Shown piece by piece: positions 27,985 through 38,476 of a DNA stretch of 54,136 bases (positions are counted from its first letter, which is position 1; every line of letters begins with the position of its first letter). Both the position numbers and the translations under genes were made by a program. Under the pieces are notes generated by a model. That model had not been told where the DNA came from and did not search any database. It saw nothing but the letters and a program-made list of their open reading frames with translations. The stretch lies in the sequence record SRR22947727_2835; one strand, 5' to 3'.

Positions 27985-30584
27985 GAGGTTACTATATTGA
28001 TTATTCGACCAGGTACAATGATGATCTTTTTTATAGCTAAACCCTCAACGGTTCTTATGATAACTTCATCTGACAACGCCATTTTTTCAATATCGCAATT
28101 TAGTGTGCTTGCTGGCACAGATATTTGACTTCTTCTTTTTCCATTTACCTGTATTGGCATCACCTTACTTTCTACCACTAAAAGTGATTCATCGTGTCTT
28201 GGCCAAGGAGTATTGTAGCATAACTCTTTACCTCCAAGATAACTCCAACATTCTTCTGCCAAATGAGGCATAAACGGAGCAATGGTACGAATTAATATTC
28301 CTAAAGCCTCAGCTTTCGCTTTATCGTTCATCTTATATTTTTTAATCTCATTTGTTAATTCATATATTTGAGCAACAGAAGTATTAAAGCGAAAACCTTC
28401 GATTCCTGCTGTTATTTTTTCAAGGGCCTTATGTGTAAACTTCCTAAGCTCCAAAGCTTCGCCTGATGCATCTAAGTCAATGGAAAGCGGGTTTATATCT
28501 TTAAAATTTTTCACAAGAGACCATATTTTATTGGAAAAACGCCATGCACCTACCACCCCAGATTCAGTCCATTCTACATCGCGATCGGGCGGCGAGTCAG
28601 ACAAAACAAACCAACGCGCTACATCTGCTCCATATGTCTCTATTATGTCCTCAGGGTCTACAACATTTTTTTTGGATTTCGACATTTTAACAACATCGCC
28701 TTTAGTAACTATCTTTCCATTATCAACATTAATGTAATTTCCATCTTTTTCGGCTACGCAAGAAGGTAATATATAGTTACCATCATTATCTGAGAATGTA
28801 GCATGTGTTACCATCCCTTGAGTAAAGAGCCCATCAAAAGGCTCTCCCTTTGGGAGGTTAATTAGCCCGCAATCCCTTAAAGCCTTTGTAAAAAATCTTG
28901 CATATAACAAGTGTAAAACAGCATGTTCTACACCCCCAACATATTGGTCAACAGGCAACCAATTTCTAGCCATTTCTTTATCAAAAGGGGAGTTTATCGT
29001 GTTACCACCCGCAAAGCGGACAAAATACCATGAGCTATCAGCGAATGTATCAAGAGTATCAGTTTCTCGTTCTGCTTTTCCACCACAGGAAGAACATAAA
29101 ACAGGTTCTGCTTGTGTACCATTTTTAAATGTTGGGTGCCTATCTAAAGGGTTTCCTGGAGTATTTAAGTCAATATTTTCATAAGGCAACATAATGGGCA
29201 GATTAGATTCTTTCACAGGCTGTGGCCCGCATGTTGGACATTTTATTACAGGTATGGGACAACCCCAGTAACGCTGTCGACTTACACCCCAGTCCCTTAG
29301 TCTGTAGTTTACTGTACCAGAACCCAAGCCCATGCTTTCTATTTTTTTTATAGCGGCTGTGATGCCATCCATCTTATTTAAATTATTTAAAAATCCTGAG
29401 TTATATAAAGCCCCTTCACCAACATAAGCTTTTGTATCTATTTTAAAATTTGTTTTGCTTTCGCCGGCAGGAAGAACCACTGGTAAAACATCAAGACTAT
29501 ATTTTAAGGCAAAGTCTAAATCTCTTTGATCGTGTGCCGGACACCCAAAAATTGCACCAGTTCCATATTCCATTAAAACAAAATTTGCTATATATACAGG
29601 TAAGGACCTTGATGCATCAAAAGGATGCTCAACATAAAGGTCAGTTTTAAATCCAAACTTTTCAGCATTAGCTATAGCTTCTTCTGTTGTGCCTATTTTG
29701 TTACATTTTTTTTTAAAATCAGTTATTTTGGAATCATTTTTTTGTAACTTTAATACAATTGGGTGTTCGGGCGACACTGCTATAAAACTAGCTCCAAAAA
29801 GTGTGTCAGGCCGCGTAGTAAATACCTCTATAGACCTAAGATCATTGATCTTAGACTGATCCGTAAGTTTAAACTTCATTTGAAGCCCCTTACTTTTACC
29901 TATCCAGTTGGCCTGCATGGTGCGTACTTTTTCAGGCCATCTATCTAAGTCCTTTATTCCATCTAAAAGCTCCTCTGCATAACGAGTTATTTTAAAAAAC
30001 CATTGGTCCATATCACGTTGCTCAATCGTAGCACCGCTGCGCCATCCTTTTCCGTCAATTACTTGCTCATTGGCTAAAACTGTATTGTCTATAGGATCCC
30101 AATTAACCTTTGCTGTCTTACGATAGACAAGCCCTTTTTCCCAAAACTTTAAAAAAATAAGTTGTTGCTGCTTGTAATAACTCTCATCGGAGGTAGCAAA
30201 CTCTCGGCTCCAGTCCAGAGAAAAACCTAGTCGCTGCATTGGGGCTTTCATTGCCTTTATGTTGCCGTATGTCCAGTCCTTCGGATGCCCCCCTGTTTCT
30301 TTAGCGGCATTTTCTGCTGGCATACCAAAGGAATCCCACCCCATGGGGTGTAAAACTTCAAAACCTTGAGCTTTTTTATAGCGTGCAATAACATCGCCCA
30401 TTGCATAATTACGAACATGTCCCATATGAATTCTTCCCGATGGATAAGGAAACATTTCAAGGGCATAATATTTTGGCTTACTGCTAGAGTTGTCTGCGCA
30501 ATATACTTTTTGGTTTTCCCATATGGACTGCCAACGAGGTTCAACCTCAGCGGCATTATACCTAACTTTAATTTCATCAATCAT
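27981..30584 (-). CDS. leuS: Leucine-tRNA ligase
   Basis: MFPYPSG, HMGH, FTTRPDT, DWGVSRQRYWG, KMSKS. Confidence 0.98.
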   Translation of the reverse strand: MIDEIKVRYNAAEVEPRWQSIWENQKVYCADNSSSKPKYYALEMFPYPSGRIHMGHVRNYAMGDVIARYKKAQGFEVLHPMGWDSFGMPAENAAKETGGHPKDWTYGNIKAMKAPMQRLGFSLDWSREFATSDESYYKQQQLIFLKFWEKGLVYRKTAKVNWDPIDNTVLANEQVIDGKGWRSGATIEQRDMDQWFFKITRYAEELLDGIKDLDRWPEKVRTMQANWIGKSKGLQMKFKLTDQSKINDLRSIEVFTTRPDTLFGASFIAVSPEHPIVLKLQKNDSKITDFKKKCNKIGTTEEAIANAEKFGFKTDLYVEHPFDASRSLPVYIANFVLMEYGTGAIFGCPAHDQRDLDFALKYSLDVLPVVLPAGESKTNFKIDTKAYVGEGALYNSGFLNNLNKMDGITAAIKKIESMGLGSGTVNYRLRDWGVSRQRYWGCPIPVIKCPTCGPQPVKESNLPIMLPYENIDLNTPGNPLDRHPTFKNGTQAEPVLCSSCGGKAERETDTLDTFADSSWYFVRFAGGNTINSPFDKEMARNWLPVDQYVGGVEHAVLHLLYARFFTKALRDCGLINLPKGEPFDGLFTQGMVTHATFSDNDGNYILPSCVAEKDGNYINVDNGKIVTKGDVVKMSKSKKNVVDPEDIIETYGADVARWFVLSDSPPDRDVEWTESGVVGAWRFSNKIWSLVKNFKDINPLSIDLDASGEALELRKFTHKALEKITAGIEGFRFNTSVAQIYELTNEIKKYKMNDKAKAEALGILIRTIAPFMPHLAEECWSYLGGKELCYNTPWPRHDESLLVVESKVMPIQVNGKRRSQISVPASTLNCDIEKMALSDEVIIRTVEGLAIKKIIIVPGRIINIVTS

Positions 30585-30663
30585 AAAAACTTAACCAGGT
30601 TTTGTTTGTATATACAAAAATCTTAGTGTTTTGGACAAGCCTATTAAAAATGCTCAAAAATAT

Positions 30664-31140
30664 TTACTGAGCATCTACTGTTGCAATGTATAATTCTCTA
30701 GCCCGAGTTAGTATTGCATTCTCAATTTGTCTAGCGGTGTCTGCATCTATGGACGCATCCTGCCAGTTTCCAGATATGCGTTTTTGTTTAAAGATTGAAG
30801 CCTTTAGCGCATCTGCTCGCAAATTGGTGTCAAGAATATAGATATTTGCTTTAAACCTTTCATTTGGAGCTTCGGCACTTGCATACCAATCAGTTACAAT
30901 AACTCCTCCAAATGGATCCACCTGTGCTAGCGGCATGAAGTTTAAAGTTTCTAAAGATGCTCTCCATAAGTAAGAGTTTACTCCCATATTTGGAGCATTA
31001 GCTGTGGCGGCTTTTCGTGCTGCAGCCTGTTTTTTTGAGCTATTTTTGCCTAACCCTAAAGAGCCACAACCGACTAAAAAAATAGCAGCCATCGCAGAAG
31101 CTGCAACCAATTTGACAGAATGTTTTTTTAATAGCTTCAT
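30664..31140 (-). CDS. DUF3576-like lipoprotein
   Basis: Lipobox LVGC; GVNSYLWRASLETLNFMP, DPFGGVIVTDWY, ENAILTRAREL; usual neighbour of leuS. Confidence 0.85.
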   Translation of the reverse strand: MKLLKKHSVKLVAASAMAAIFLVGCGSLGLGKNSSKKQAAARKAATANAPNMGVNSYLWRASLETLNFMPLAQVDPFGGVIVTDWYASAEAPNERFKANIYILDTNLRADALKASIFKQKRISGNWQDASIDADTARQIENAILTRARELYIATVDAQ

Positions 31141-31331
31141 AGAAGGCTCCAGTAACAAAATTCAAGTGCCTTATAGCATTAAAATCGATTAGGCATAGTC
31201 TTCTGTAGTGAAATTATTTTAATTAAACTACATTAAAGATTTTTATTTACTATTTATGTAAATTATAGATGGAACTTTATAAACGGTCTAAAGAGATGAA
31301 TCGTTAAGTATCAAGAAGAGGAACAACTAAA

Positions 31332-32627
31332 TTGTTTTTAAGAGCTGTAATATTAGTTATGCTTTTCGTATTAAATGGGCTTATTAAAGTTTCTTTAGCT
31401 CACTCTTATGAAAATAACGTCTCTAACCATTCTGATAAGAATAATAATTTATGTACAGAAAAACTTTATTCAGAAAATTGTTATAATGTAAAAAATATTA
31501 AAACTACCTTAAATGGCTTCGTTTTGAGCGGGCTTAGTGATCTACCAACCTCTAAAAAGAAAAATAATTTTTATGGACAAGCTTTTATTAGCCTAGATGT
31601 AAATACCATTACTAAAAGCGGTCTTGAGTACGGTGGCTTAATTGAGATTGTTGCTCAAAAAAGGCCGATGATAAATTTCAAAGAAGAGGTAGCCTTAAAT
31701 TGTGTAAAATTCTTAGTAAACTGTTCAAATGAAAGCTCATCAACACAGTCCAATTTTGGACATGAAGCACAATTTAATTACAACAGAGATAATTTAAACA
31801 ACCAAATACAAACTTCTTTAGAGGCAGCATCTTTTTACTTAAGATCACAATATGGGGATTTTTTTATTGGATCTGATGTTGGCGCAGCATACCTATTTTC
31901 AATGGGTAAACCTGACATATATAGCCTAGGCGCATCAGGTTCAGCAATAGATTATACAGGATTAAACTCAGTAAGAACTAAAAACAATATAACAGGAAAA
32001 GCAAAAAAAATAATATATACAAGCCCTAGGCTATTTGGCGATAAAATAGGCTTCGGCTTAGAGTATGGTATTTCATACGCACCAAACTTTAATGCATGTG
32101 GTATTGAGTATTGCGTAAAAAAAAGAATAGAAGAAGTTGAAATAAAGGACAGAGTTAACCTGAAAGACGCGATAGAACTAGGAGTGGCAATAGATAAAAT
32201 TTATAATAACGGTTTAATGTTTGAGATAGCAATGAGCTATGCACATGCAAAAAACATCAATGTAGCTGGCGATTTTAATAACCTTAATGCCTGGAATTTT
32301 GGCTATAAAGTCATTTATAATAAATTTACTCTTAGCTCTTCATACTTAAAAAGTAACAATGCGCTTAAATATGGGGACTACATAGCTTGGGATGGGGGAG
32401 CTATATGGAAACCAGGAAGATTAGGGGTTTCAATGTCATATGGAAAATCACTTGAAAGGAATATATATAGAAAAACAAGTTATTCTTTAGCTGGGCTTTC
32501 TTATGAATTTAATGATTATATTTTAAGTGCTGGACTTCAGTATATTAAGCGAAAGCAAACAAACCTTAATGAATTACACATTAATAAACTAACAAAACCA
32601 TTCATTCATATAAAATATGAGTTTTAG
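31332..32627 (+). CDS. Alphaproteobacterial porin-like outer membrane protein
   Basis: Signal peptide, SGLEYG, YGDFFIG, KIIYTSPR, GISYAP, alternating aromatic strands, C-terminal YEF. Confidence 0.72.
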   Translation: MFLRAVILVMLFVLNGLIKVSLAHSYENNVSNHSDKNNNLCTEKLYSENCYNVKNIKTTLNGFVLSGLSDLPTSKKKNNFYGQAFISLDVNTITKSGLEYGGLIEIVAQKRPMINFKEEVALNCVKFLVNCSNESSSTQSNFGHEAQFNYNRDNLNNQIQTSLEAASFYLRSQYGDFFIGSDVGAAYLFSMGKPDIYSLGASGSAIDYTGLNSVRTKNNITGKAKKIIYTSPRLFGDKIGFGLEYGISYAPNFNACGIEYCVKKRIEEVEIKDRVNLKDAIELGVAIDKIYNNGLMFEIAMSYAHAKNINVAGDFNNLNAWNFGYKVIYNKFTLSSSYLKSNNALKYGDYIAWDGGAIWKPGRLGVSMSYGKSLERNIYRKTSYSLAGLSYEFNDYILSAGLQYIKRKQTNLNELHINKLTKPFIHIKYEF

Positions 32628-33259
32628 AGACCAAAGCCTACACCCGCTATTCCGGAGAACCCCGTTCCAATTAATTTATGTGCATTTTTTGAATTAATAC
32701 CACCCATAGCAAAAATAGGACAACAAAAGCCTTTTGTTTTTTTCTTAATACCTTCAATACCTATCGGGGCTCCAGCAGTAGGGCTATTGCTTGGAAATAC
32801 GGATGAGACGAGCAATCCATCAAGTATGGTAAGGTCCCTTTCATAGCAACCTGATTTTATGCCTGCCATAGATATAAGCCAGTCTGGTTTTTTATCCCGC
32901 CAATAATAAGGTGCAATTAATTTTGGATCACGTGAAAAATGAACTCCATCAGCGTTTACTGCGAGCGCTAGGTGTGGGTCGTTTCCAATTAAAAATTGTA
33001 ATCTTTGCTTGAGAGTTAGCGCCCTTAACTCTTCAGCTTTTTTTTGATTTCCTGCCTTGCCAAAATGCCTATAAATGAGTGTTGAGCCCTGAGGTAACAT
33101 TTTTAAAGAGCCATTTATATCCTTCATCCTCATTGGATCTGTTAATAGTATTAACGGGGATAATCGAGTAGGGTAGGCGCGCTCATTATATAATTGCGAA
33201 GCTACTTTTGAAACGATATTACTTTCATTATAACTCCATTCAGGGTAATTAAGCTTCAT
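32624..33259 (-). CDS. Thiamine phosphate synthase-like protein
   Basis: LILLTDPMR, IYRHFG, ADGVH, VSSVFPSNS, FAMGGI; start uncertain. The ORF-track extension to 33493 overlaps yggS and is rejected. Confidence 0.8.
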   Translation of the reverse strand: MKLNYPEWSYNESNIVSKVASQLYNERAYPTRLSPLILLTDPMRMKDINGSLKMLPQGSTLIYRHFGKAGNQKKAEELRALTLKQRLQFLIGNDPHLALAVNADGVHFSRDPKLIAPYYWRDKKPDWLISMAGIKSGCYERDLTILDGLLVSSVFPSNSPTAGAPIGIEGIKKKTKGFCCPIFAMGGINSKNAHKLIGTGFSGIAGVGFGL

Positions 33260-33932
33260 GAGTGTCCCGCTATCTATTTCACAAAAAAGAAAGTTAATTA
33301 TAGAACGTATGACCGCCGCTGCCAAGCGCGCGGATATGAATGACGACCAAGTGCTAATAGCGGCATCAAAAAAACAGCCAGATTTTAAAATTAAGGAAAT
33401 GTTATCAGCAGGCCAAAAAGTTTTCGGAGAAAACCGTGTCCAGGAAAGCCAGATAAGATGGGGTGAAACTTTCCAATATGTCCGAAAAGACATTGAATTA
33501 CGACTTATAGGCCCACTTCAAAGCAATAAAGCTCTTGAGGCAATAAGATTATTTGATGTTATTGAGACACTAGATAGAATGAGTTTAGCGAAAGCTTTAG
33601 TAAAGGCCGCTGATAAACATGGAAGTTTACCATCATTATTAGTTCAAGTTAATACCGGTGAAGAACCACAAAAATCAGGAGTGTTACCAAGACAGCTCCC
33701 GTTATTTCTTAGGGAATTAAAAAAAGAATACAATATAATACCAAGTGGTCTAATGTGCATACCACCACAAAAAGAAGCCGCTTCGCCACACTTTTGGCTT
33801 TTGAGAAAGCTAACTGAAGATTATGGACTGCAATTTACTTCAATGGGTATGAGCAATGACTTTGAGGTTGCAGTTGAAATGGGGGCCACTCATGTCAGGA
33901 TCGGTTCAGCTCTATTTGGCGCGCGAATTTAG
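33258..33932 (+). CDS. yggS: PLP homeostasis protein YggS
   Basis: LIAASK, FGENRVQE, IGPLQSNK, QVNTGEEPQKSG, GLMCIPP, SMGMSND, VRIGSALFG. Confidence 0.96.
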   Translation: MSVPLSISQKRKLIIERMTAAAKRADMNDDQVLIAASKKQPDFKIKEMLSAGQKVFGENRVQESQIRWGETFQYVRKDIELRLIGPLQSNKALEAIRLFDVIETLDRMSLAKALVKAADKHGSLPSLLVQVNTGEEPQKSGVLPRQLPLFLRELKKEYNIIPSGLMCIPPQKEAASPHFWLLRKLTEDYGLQFTSMGMSNDFEVAVEMGATHVRIGSALFGARI

Positions 33933-34454
33933 TTAGGCGGTTATAGATAATTTTGTGCCGTTTTTTATTAACGGTAATAATTTAGACATAACTATTGGCT
34001 CAATAGCAACACATCCTAATGTTTTCCTTTTGTCAGTTTGACTTAAATGTATAAATATGGCGCTTCCTAAACCCGTAACTGGCGGGCTATCATTGTGATC
34101 TATAACTAAAACTATATCATAGGCCCTGTCGTCCCGCCATAACCTCTCATGACTTTTATTGTCCGGCAACCGTATATATCTATTGTAAGACGTACTCATT
34201 GTAGAATTGGACCACCCATCATTTTTATTGATAGGAATAAAGTTTAATTTAGAATTTGGCTTGGAGACTCGATCTTTACGATAAAACCCAAAGCGTATTT
34301 TATAATTTCCAATTGGAGTTTTCTTATCGCCCTCACGCCCTTCTGTGAAATGAATACCTCCTTCTATTCCGACTTGGCAGGGATAACTGATGTTATTAAA
34401 ATTAATGGTGCCATCAGAAATTTTTACACAAATTTCTATGTTATTTATTCGCAT
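33933..34454 (-). CDS. YkuD-like L,D-transpeptidase family protein
   Basis: REGDKKTPIG, HERLWRDD, GSAIFIH...TLGCVA (catalytic His/Cys). Confidence 0.88.
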   Translation of the reverse strand: MRINNIEICVKISDGTINFNNISYPCQVGIEGGIHFTEGREGDKKTPIGNYKIRFGFYRKDRVSKPNSKLNFIPINKNDGWSNSTMSTSYNRYIRLPDNKSHERLWRDDRAYDIVLVIDHNDSPPVTGLGSAIFIHLSQTDKRKTLGCVAIEPIVMSKLLPLIKNGTKLSITA

Positions 34455-34531
34455 TTTATTAAACCCTAATTATTTTATAATTTGTATTAGATAGAAGTTT
34501 CTTTATATTGTCACTATTACGGTGGATTAGA

Positions 34532-35245
34532 GTGTCTATTAAAAAGCGAATTCTATTAATTGAAAAAGATAAATATCTCAGAAACGAGCTTTTAGAGCAT
34601 TTTTCCGCAACAGGAGAATTTGAAGTTTTTTTACCTGAACATATACCCAATTCTAAATTAAATATAAATCATTATGATATTGTGCTTATTGACACTCAAT
34701 CATTAATCGATTTTGAACCAATACAAAATAAATTACAACTAAACGCTAAGAATTTAACACCATTTATAATTTTAAGTGATACTGATAATCAGGTAAATAG
34801 TAATATAAGTAGAGTAACGTTAAAATATTTGATTATTAAGAAGCCATTTCGGTTTGTAGCTCTTTTAGCAAAAGTTAGAACAGAAATAAGCGTTTTTAAA
34901 AGAAATACTACTACTACATATCGAATAGGCCCTTATGATTTTTTTCCACATTTAGGATTACTTAAGCCATCTGAGTCTGCTGAAAGAAAAGAATTACAAA
35001 CTATTAAACTAACTGAAAAAGAAAGTAGTATATTAATCTATCTTTTAAAGTCAGAAGCGAGTTCGTGTTCTCGTGTTGAGTTATTAGATTTTATATGGGG
35101 CTACAAAGACGGAATTACTACTCATACACTAGAAACGCATATTTATAGGCTTAGAGAGAAACTTAAATCTGAGGCCTCTGAATTTATTTCTATATTAACA
35201 GTGAAAGATGGTTACAGTCTTGTTTTACAAACAGACAATAAATAA
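34532..35245 (+). CDS. Orphan OmpR-family response regulator
   Basis: Receiver domain (ILLIE, VLID, KPF) plus winged helix LTEKESSIL...WGY...THTLETHIYRLREK...GYSL; start GTG 34532 or TTG 34508. Confidence 0.88.
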   Translation: MSIKKRILLIEKDKYLRNELLEHFSATGEFEVFLPEHIPNSKLNINHYDIVLIDTQSLIDFEPIQNKLQLNAKNLTPFIILSDTDNQVNSNISRVTLKYLIIKKPFRFVALLAKVRTEISVFKRNTTTTYRIGPYDFFPHLGLLKPSESAERKELQTIKLTEKESSILIYLLKSEASSCSRVELLDFIWGYKDGITTHTLETHIYRLREKLKSEASEFISILTVKDGYSLVLQTDNK

Positions 35246-35880
35246 TTTGGGGTTTTTTTATCTATTTAGCTTATATTACAATCGTATCAGGACTATTAGT
35301 ATCTGAATATTATAGATTTAAACTGGGCGAATACATATTCAAACCATTAGCCTCTTTATGCTTTATATTTATTTCTTTAAAGTATGGCGCACTTGAGAGC
35401 ACTTATGGCTATTTGATTTTGATATCATTGATACTCTGTGCCTTAGGAGATGTATTATTGCTGAATAGAAAACTAAAAATACCGTTTTTTTGTGGAATGC
35501 TTGTTTTCGCAATTGCGCATCTGTTATTTTCAATAGCATTTTTCAGAAATAATACGTTTGACCTTACCTCTTTATTTTTATTTTTACCGTTACTTTTTAT
35601 ATTGGCAGGTGTAAATTTTCTATATTTACTGCCAAAGATACCTCAGGGTTTTAAGCTTTTTGTAATTCTTTATAGTGGGGCTATATTTATAATGATTACC
35701 TCTGCTTATATTTTTATGTACGAGAAAAAAGCTATATTATTGGCTGCCACACTTTTTGTTTTATCAGATATTTTTGTTGCTAAAGACCGATTCATAAAGC
35801 GATCAACAAAGAATACTTTTTTGATTACACCCACATATTTTGCCGCTCAAGGGCTTTTTGCTTTTAGCGTATCAATTTAG
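35242..35880 (+). CDS. YhhN/lysoplasmalogenase family membrane protein
   Basis: FKPLAS, LGDVLL, GMLVFAIAH, LFVLSD, TYFAAQ; frame is open from 35242 but the first ATG/GTG/TTG is at 35413. Confidence 0.82.
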   Translation: MIWGFFIYLAYITIVSGLLVSEYYRFKLGEYIFKPLASLCFIFISLKYGALESTYGYLILISLILCALGDVLLLNRKLKIPFFCGMLVFAIAHLLFSIAFFRNNTFDLTSLFLFLPLLFILAGVNFLYLLPKIPQGFKLFVILYSGAIFIMITSAYIFMYEKKAILLAATLFVLSDIFVAKDRFIKRSTKNTFLITPTYFAAQGLFAFSVSI

Positions 35881-36704
35881 TTTAAATCTAAAATCTGGGT
35901 AATAGGAACATGGTCGCTAGGCTTTGGTTCCCAGAGTCTGCATGGTGTGTGAATTATATGCCCTTGTTTGCCTGAGGATTCCATAGCCTTTTTTAAATCT
36001 GAGCTTATCCAAATATGATCAAGACGACGCCCTCTGTTGCTTTCGAGGGGACTCTTCCCTCTATAGCTCCACCAGCTAAACAGCTTATCATCATCATTAT
36101 ATAATGCTCTCGAGCAATCAATAAAATCATGAGCTTTCTGTAAGCCTTTAAGAGCTAAAACTTCAATTGGGGTATGACTTACAACTTTTAAAAGCTGTTT
36201 ATGACTCCAAACATCATTTTCGTGTGGTGCTATATTAAAGTCTCCAACAATGACTTGCGGGCAGAGCGGCTTCTTGTACCGCATAGAGAAATAAGATCTC
36301 ATATTTTCAATAAAATCTAATTTATGTCTGAATTTTTCATTTTCTACTGGGTCAGCTATATCCCCTCCTGCCGGAATATAAAAGTTATGAAACTCAAAAC
36401 TCAAATTTTCATTTGATACTAATGTACTTACATGGCGTGCGTGATCTAATGGACAAAACTTAGTGTTTAGGCGCCGCAAGGGAAATTTTGAAACAGTTGC
36501 TGCTCCGTGATAACCCTTCATGCCGTTAACTTCTATATATTTATAGCCTGCATTTATGAATGGCTCTTTTGGAAACAAATGTGTTTCACACTTTATTTCT
36601 TGAATGCCCAGTACATCAGGGGACTCTTCTTTTAGGAAACGTATGACTTGGTCTATTCTTAGCCGAACCGAATTTATGTTCCATGTTGCGAGCTTTATTT
36701 TCAT
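35877..36704 (-). CDS. xth: Exodeoxyribonuclease III
   Basis: ATWNINSVRLR, QEIK, GDFNIAP, FSWWSYR, GRRLDHIW, SDHVP. Confidence 0.95.
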   Translation of the reverse strand: MKIKLATWNINSVRLRIDQVIRFLKEESPDVLGIQEIKCETHLFPKEPFINAGYKYIEVNGMKGYHGAATVSKFPLRRLNTKFCPLDHARHVSTLVSNENLSFEFHNFYIPAGGDIADPVENEKFRHKLDFIENMRSYFSMRYKKPLCPQVIVGDFNIAPHENDVWSHKQLLKVVSHTPIEVLALKGLQKAHDFIDCSRALYNDDDKLFSWWSYRGKSPLESNRGRRLDHIWISSDLKKAMESSGKQGHIIHTPCRLWEPKPSDHVPITQILDLN

Positions 36705-36736
36705 ATAAGTAACCTTAGTAACACTGATTTTTTCTG

Positions 36737-37399
36737 TTAACGATTTCTTTTTTTACTTCTCCTACTTTCTTCTCTTGTAAGAAATAAGCGAGGATTTAAA
36801 TTATTTGGATATACTATATCTGTAAGTTTAACATAGGTTGCGTTCCCAGAGCCATCTACGATATTCCAGCCTTTTATTGTAAGCTTAATTGCATCGAGTA
36901 TTATAGTTAAATCTCCGATTGAATCATCAGTTGAATCAGTAATACTAATGTACCATTCGTTCTCTTTTTTTATTAAACTTGTTACTTTTACGTCTTTGAC
37001 GAGATTAATATCTTTTTTTAAAAAGTAGTATATTGGGGTTGATGATAGTGAAATACGATCTGTTGTGCCTAGTTTTATATCTTTTTGTATGAGACTAATT
37101 CCATCTGAAACAATTAATAATGAGTAAGGGCTGTCATATTCTATACGTAATTTTCCTGGTCTTTTTATGAATAAATTCCCAAACATAACAGACTCGTCAG
37201 GCGCGTATTGCACAAACCTTCCTGATATATAAACAGTAGAATTCATAGCTTTATTTATGAGTTCTAAGTCTGAGGTTAAATTTTTGATATCTGTAAAAAG
37301 GGCCGCAGGATTTAATTCGGCTGTTTTACGAGGTGTTTCCCCTAATGAGTCAAAAGCCATTAAAGTGAAGGCGGCTATAAAAAAAAGTAACTTATACAT
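36737..37399 (-). CDS. lolA: Outer membrane lipoprotein carrier LolA family
   Basis: Signal peptide, GRFVQ, IKRPGKLRIEY, LIVSDG, TP. Confidence 0.85.
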   Translation of the reverse strand: MYKLLFFIAAFTLMAFDSLGETPRKTAELNPAALFTDIKNLTSDLELINKAMNSTVYISGRFVQYAPDESVMFGNLFIKRPGKLRIEYDSPYSLLIVSDGISLIQKDIKLGTTDRISLSSTPIYYFLKKDINLVKDVKVTSLIKKENEWYISITDSTDDSIGDLTIILDAIKLTIKGWNIVDGSGNATYVKLTDIVYPNNLNPRLFLTREESRRSKKRNR

Positions 37400-37471
37400 T
37401 CGGTGAGACTATATCAAATTGAATGAATTTTCCATACGATTTCATTTAATAAAAGTGGTTATTACTAATAT

Positions 37472-38476
37472 TTAATCATTAAGCATTAATTGATTTAAAC
37501 CATCTTTAATACTTGTTAGCGGTCTTGCGCCATAATGCGATATTACTTCGGCCGCTGCAATACTGCCGAGAAAACCAGAATCAGGCCAGTTTAAGCCAAA
37601 GGCCCTTCCTGCTAAAACACCCGCGGCATATTGATCTCCTGCACCTGTGGTATCTATAACATTGTTGACAGGGCAAGCTTTAATATAATATTTTTCTCCC
37701 CCGCATTGAATTATTGAACCTGATTTACCATTGGTAATACAGGCAGTTAGTTTTGTTGCGCTTAATTTATATAGTGCTGTTTCGATATCTTTACATTCGT
37801 ATAAACTCAAAAGCTCGTCTTTGTTGGCGAATAATACATTAACATGGTCGTTAATAAAAGATTGAAAGCTTGAGCGATGACGATCAACGCAAAAACTATC
37901 CGAGAGAGTCAAAGCAATATCCCTGCCATAAGACTTTGCAATTTTTGCAACTTGTATAAATGCCTCTTTAGCGGGTTGAGTGTCAAAAAGGTATCCCTCT
38001 AAATATACGCATAATGAAGATTCAATTTTAGATTTAATAATATCTTTCTCAGTGAACATGCATGAAGCACCAAGAAAAGTACTCATAGATCTTTCTCCAT
38101 CAGGGGTAACTGCAATGAGGCATCTTCCGCTTGGCGGGCCAGATTTGTTTGTTGATGAAGAAAAATCAACTCCACCATTAAGCATACTTTTTTTTATTTG
38201 ATTTCCAATTTTATCATTTTTAACTTTACCAATGAATGCTGCCCTTAACCCTAACGCTTTAATTCCAAATATTGTATTTGCAGCTGAGCCTCCTGCAACT
38301 TCCTGCGTCTTACTTTGACTTAGAAATAAATTTGTTAACTTAGTTGCTCTTTCTTCACCAATAAGAGCCATAGATGCTTTTTCAATTTTTTCTTTTTTAA
38401 GAAAATCATCAGAGACAGGCGCTATTATATCCATGAGGATATTTCCAATGCCAAGTATGTCGAACTGGGTTGTCAT
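37472..38476 (-). CDS. PfkB family kinase (adenosine kinase-like)
   Basis: GGSAANT, TPDGERSMSTFLG, YLEGYLFD, DTTGAGD. Confidence 0.92.
   Translation of the reverse strand: MTTQFDILGIGNILMDIIAPVSDDFLKKEKIEKASMALIGEERATKLTNLFLSQSKTQEVAGGSAANTIFGIKALGLRAAFIGKVKNDKIGNQIKKSMLNGGVDFSSSTNKSGPPSGRCLIAVTPDGERSMSTFLGASCMFTEKDIIKSKIESSLCVYLEGYLFDTQPAKEAFIQVAKIAKSYGRDIALTLSDSFCVDRHRSSFQSFINDHVNVLFANKDELLSLYECKDIETALYKLSATKLTACITNGKSGSIIQCGGEKYYIKACPVNNVIDTTGAGDQYAAGVLAGRAFGLNWPDSGFLGSIAAAEVISHYGARPLTSIKDGLNQLMLND

Noticed and set aside
32924..32940. TCACGTGAAA as a third parS
   Set aside because: The left arm is broken (GGATCACGTGAAAAAT); too many mismatches.
33260..33493. N-terminal extension of the thiE-like ORF given in the track
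   Set aside because: It is antisense to conserved yggS sequence.
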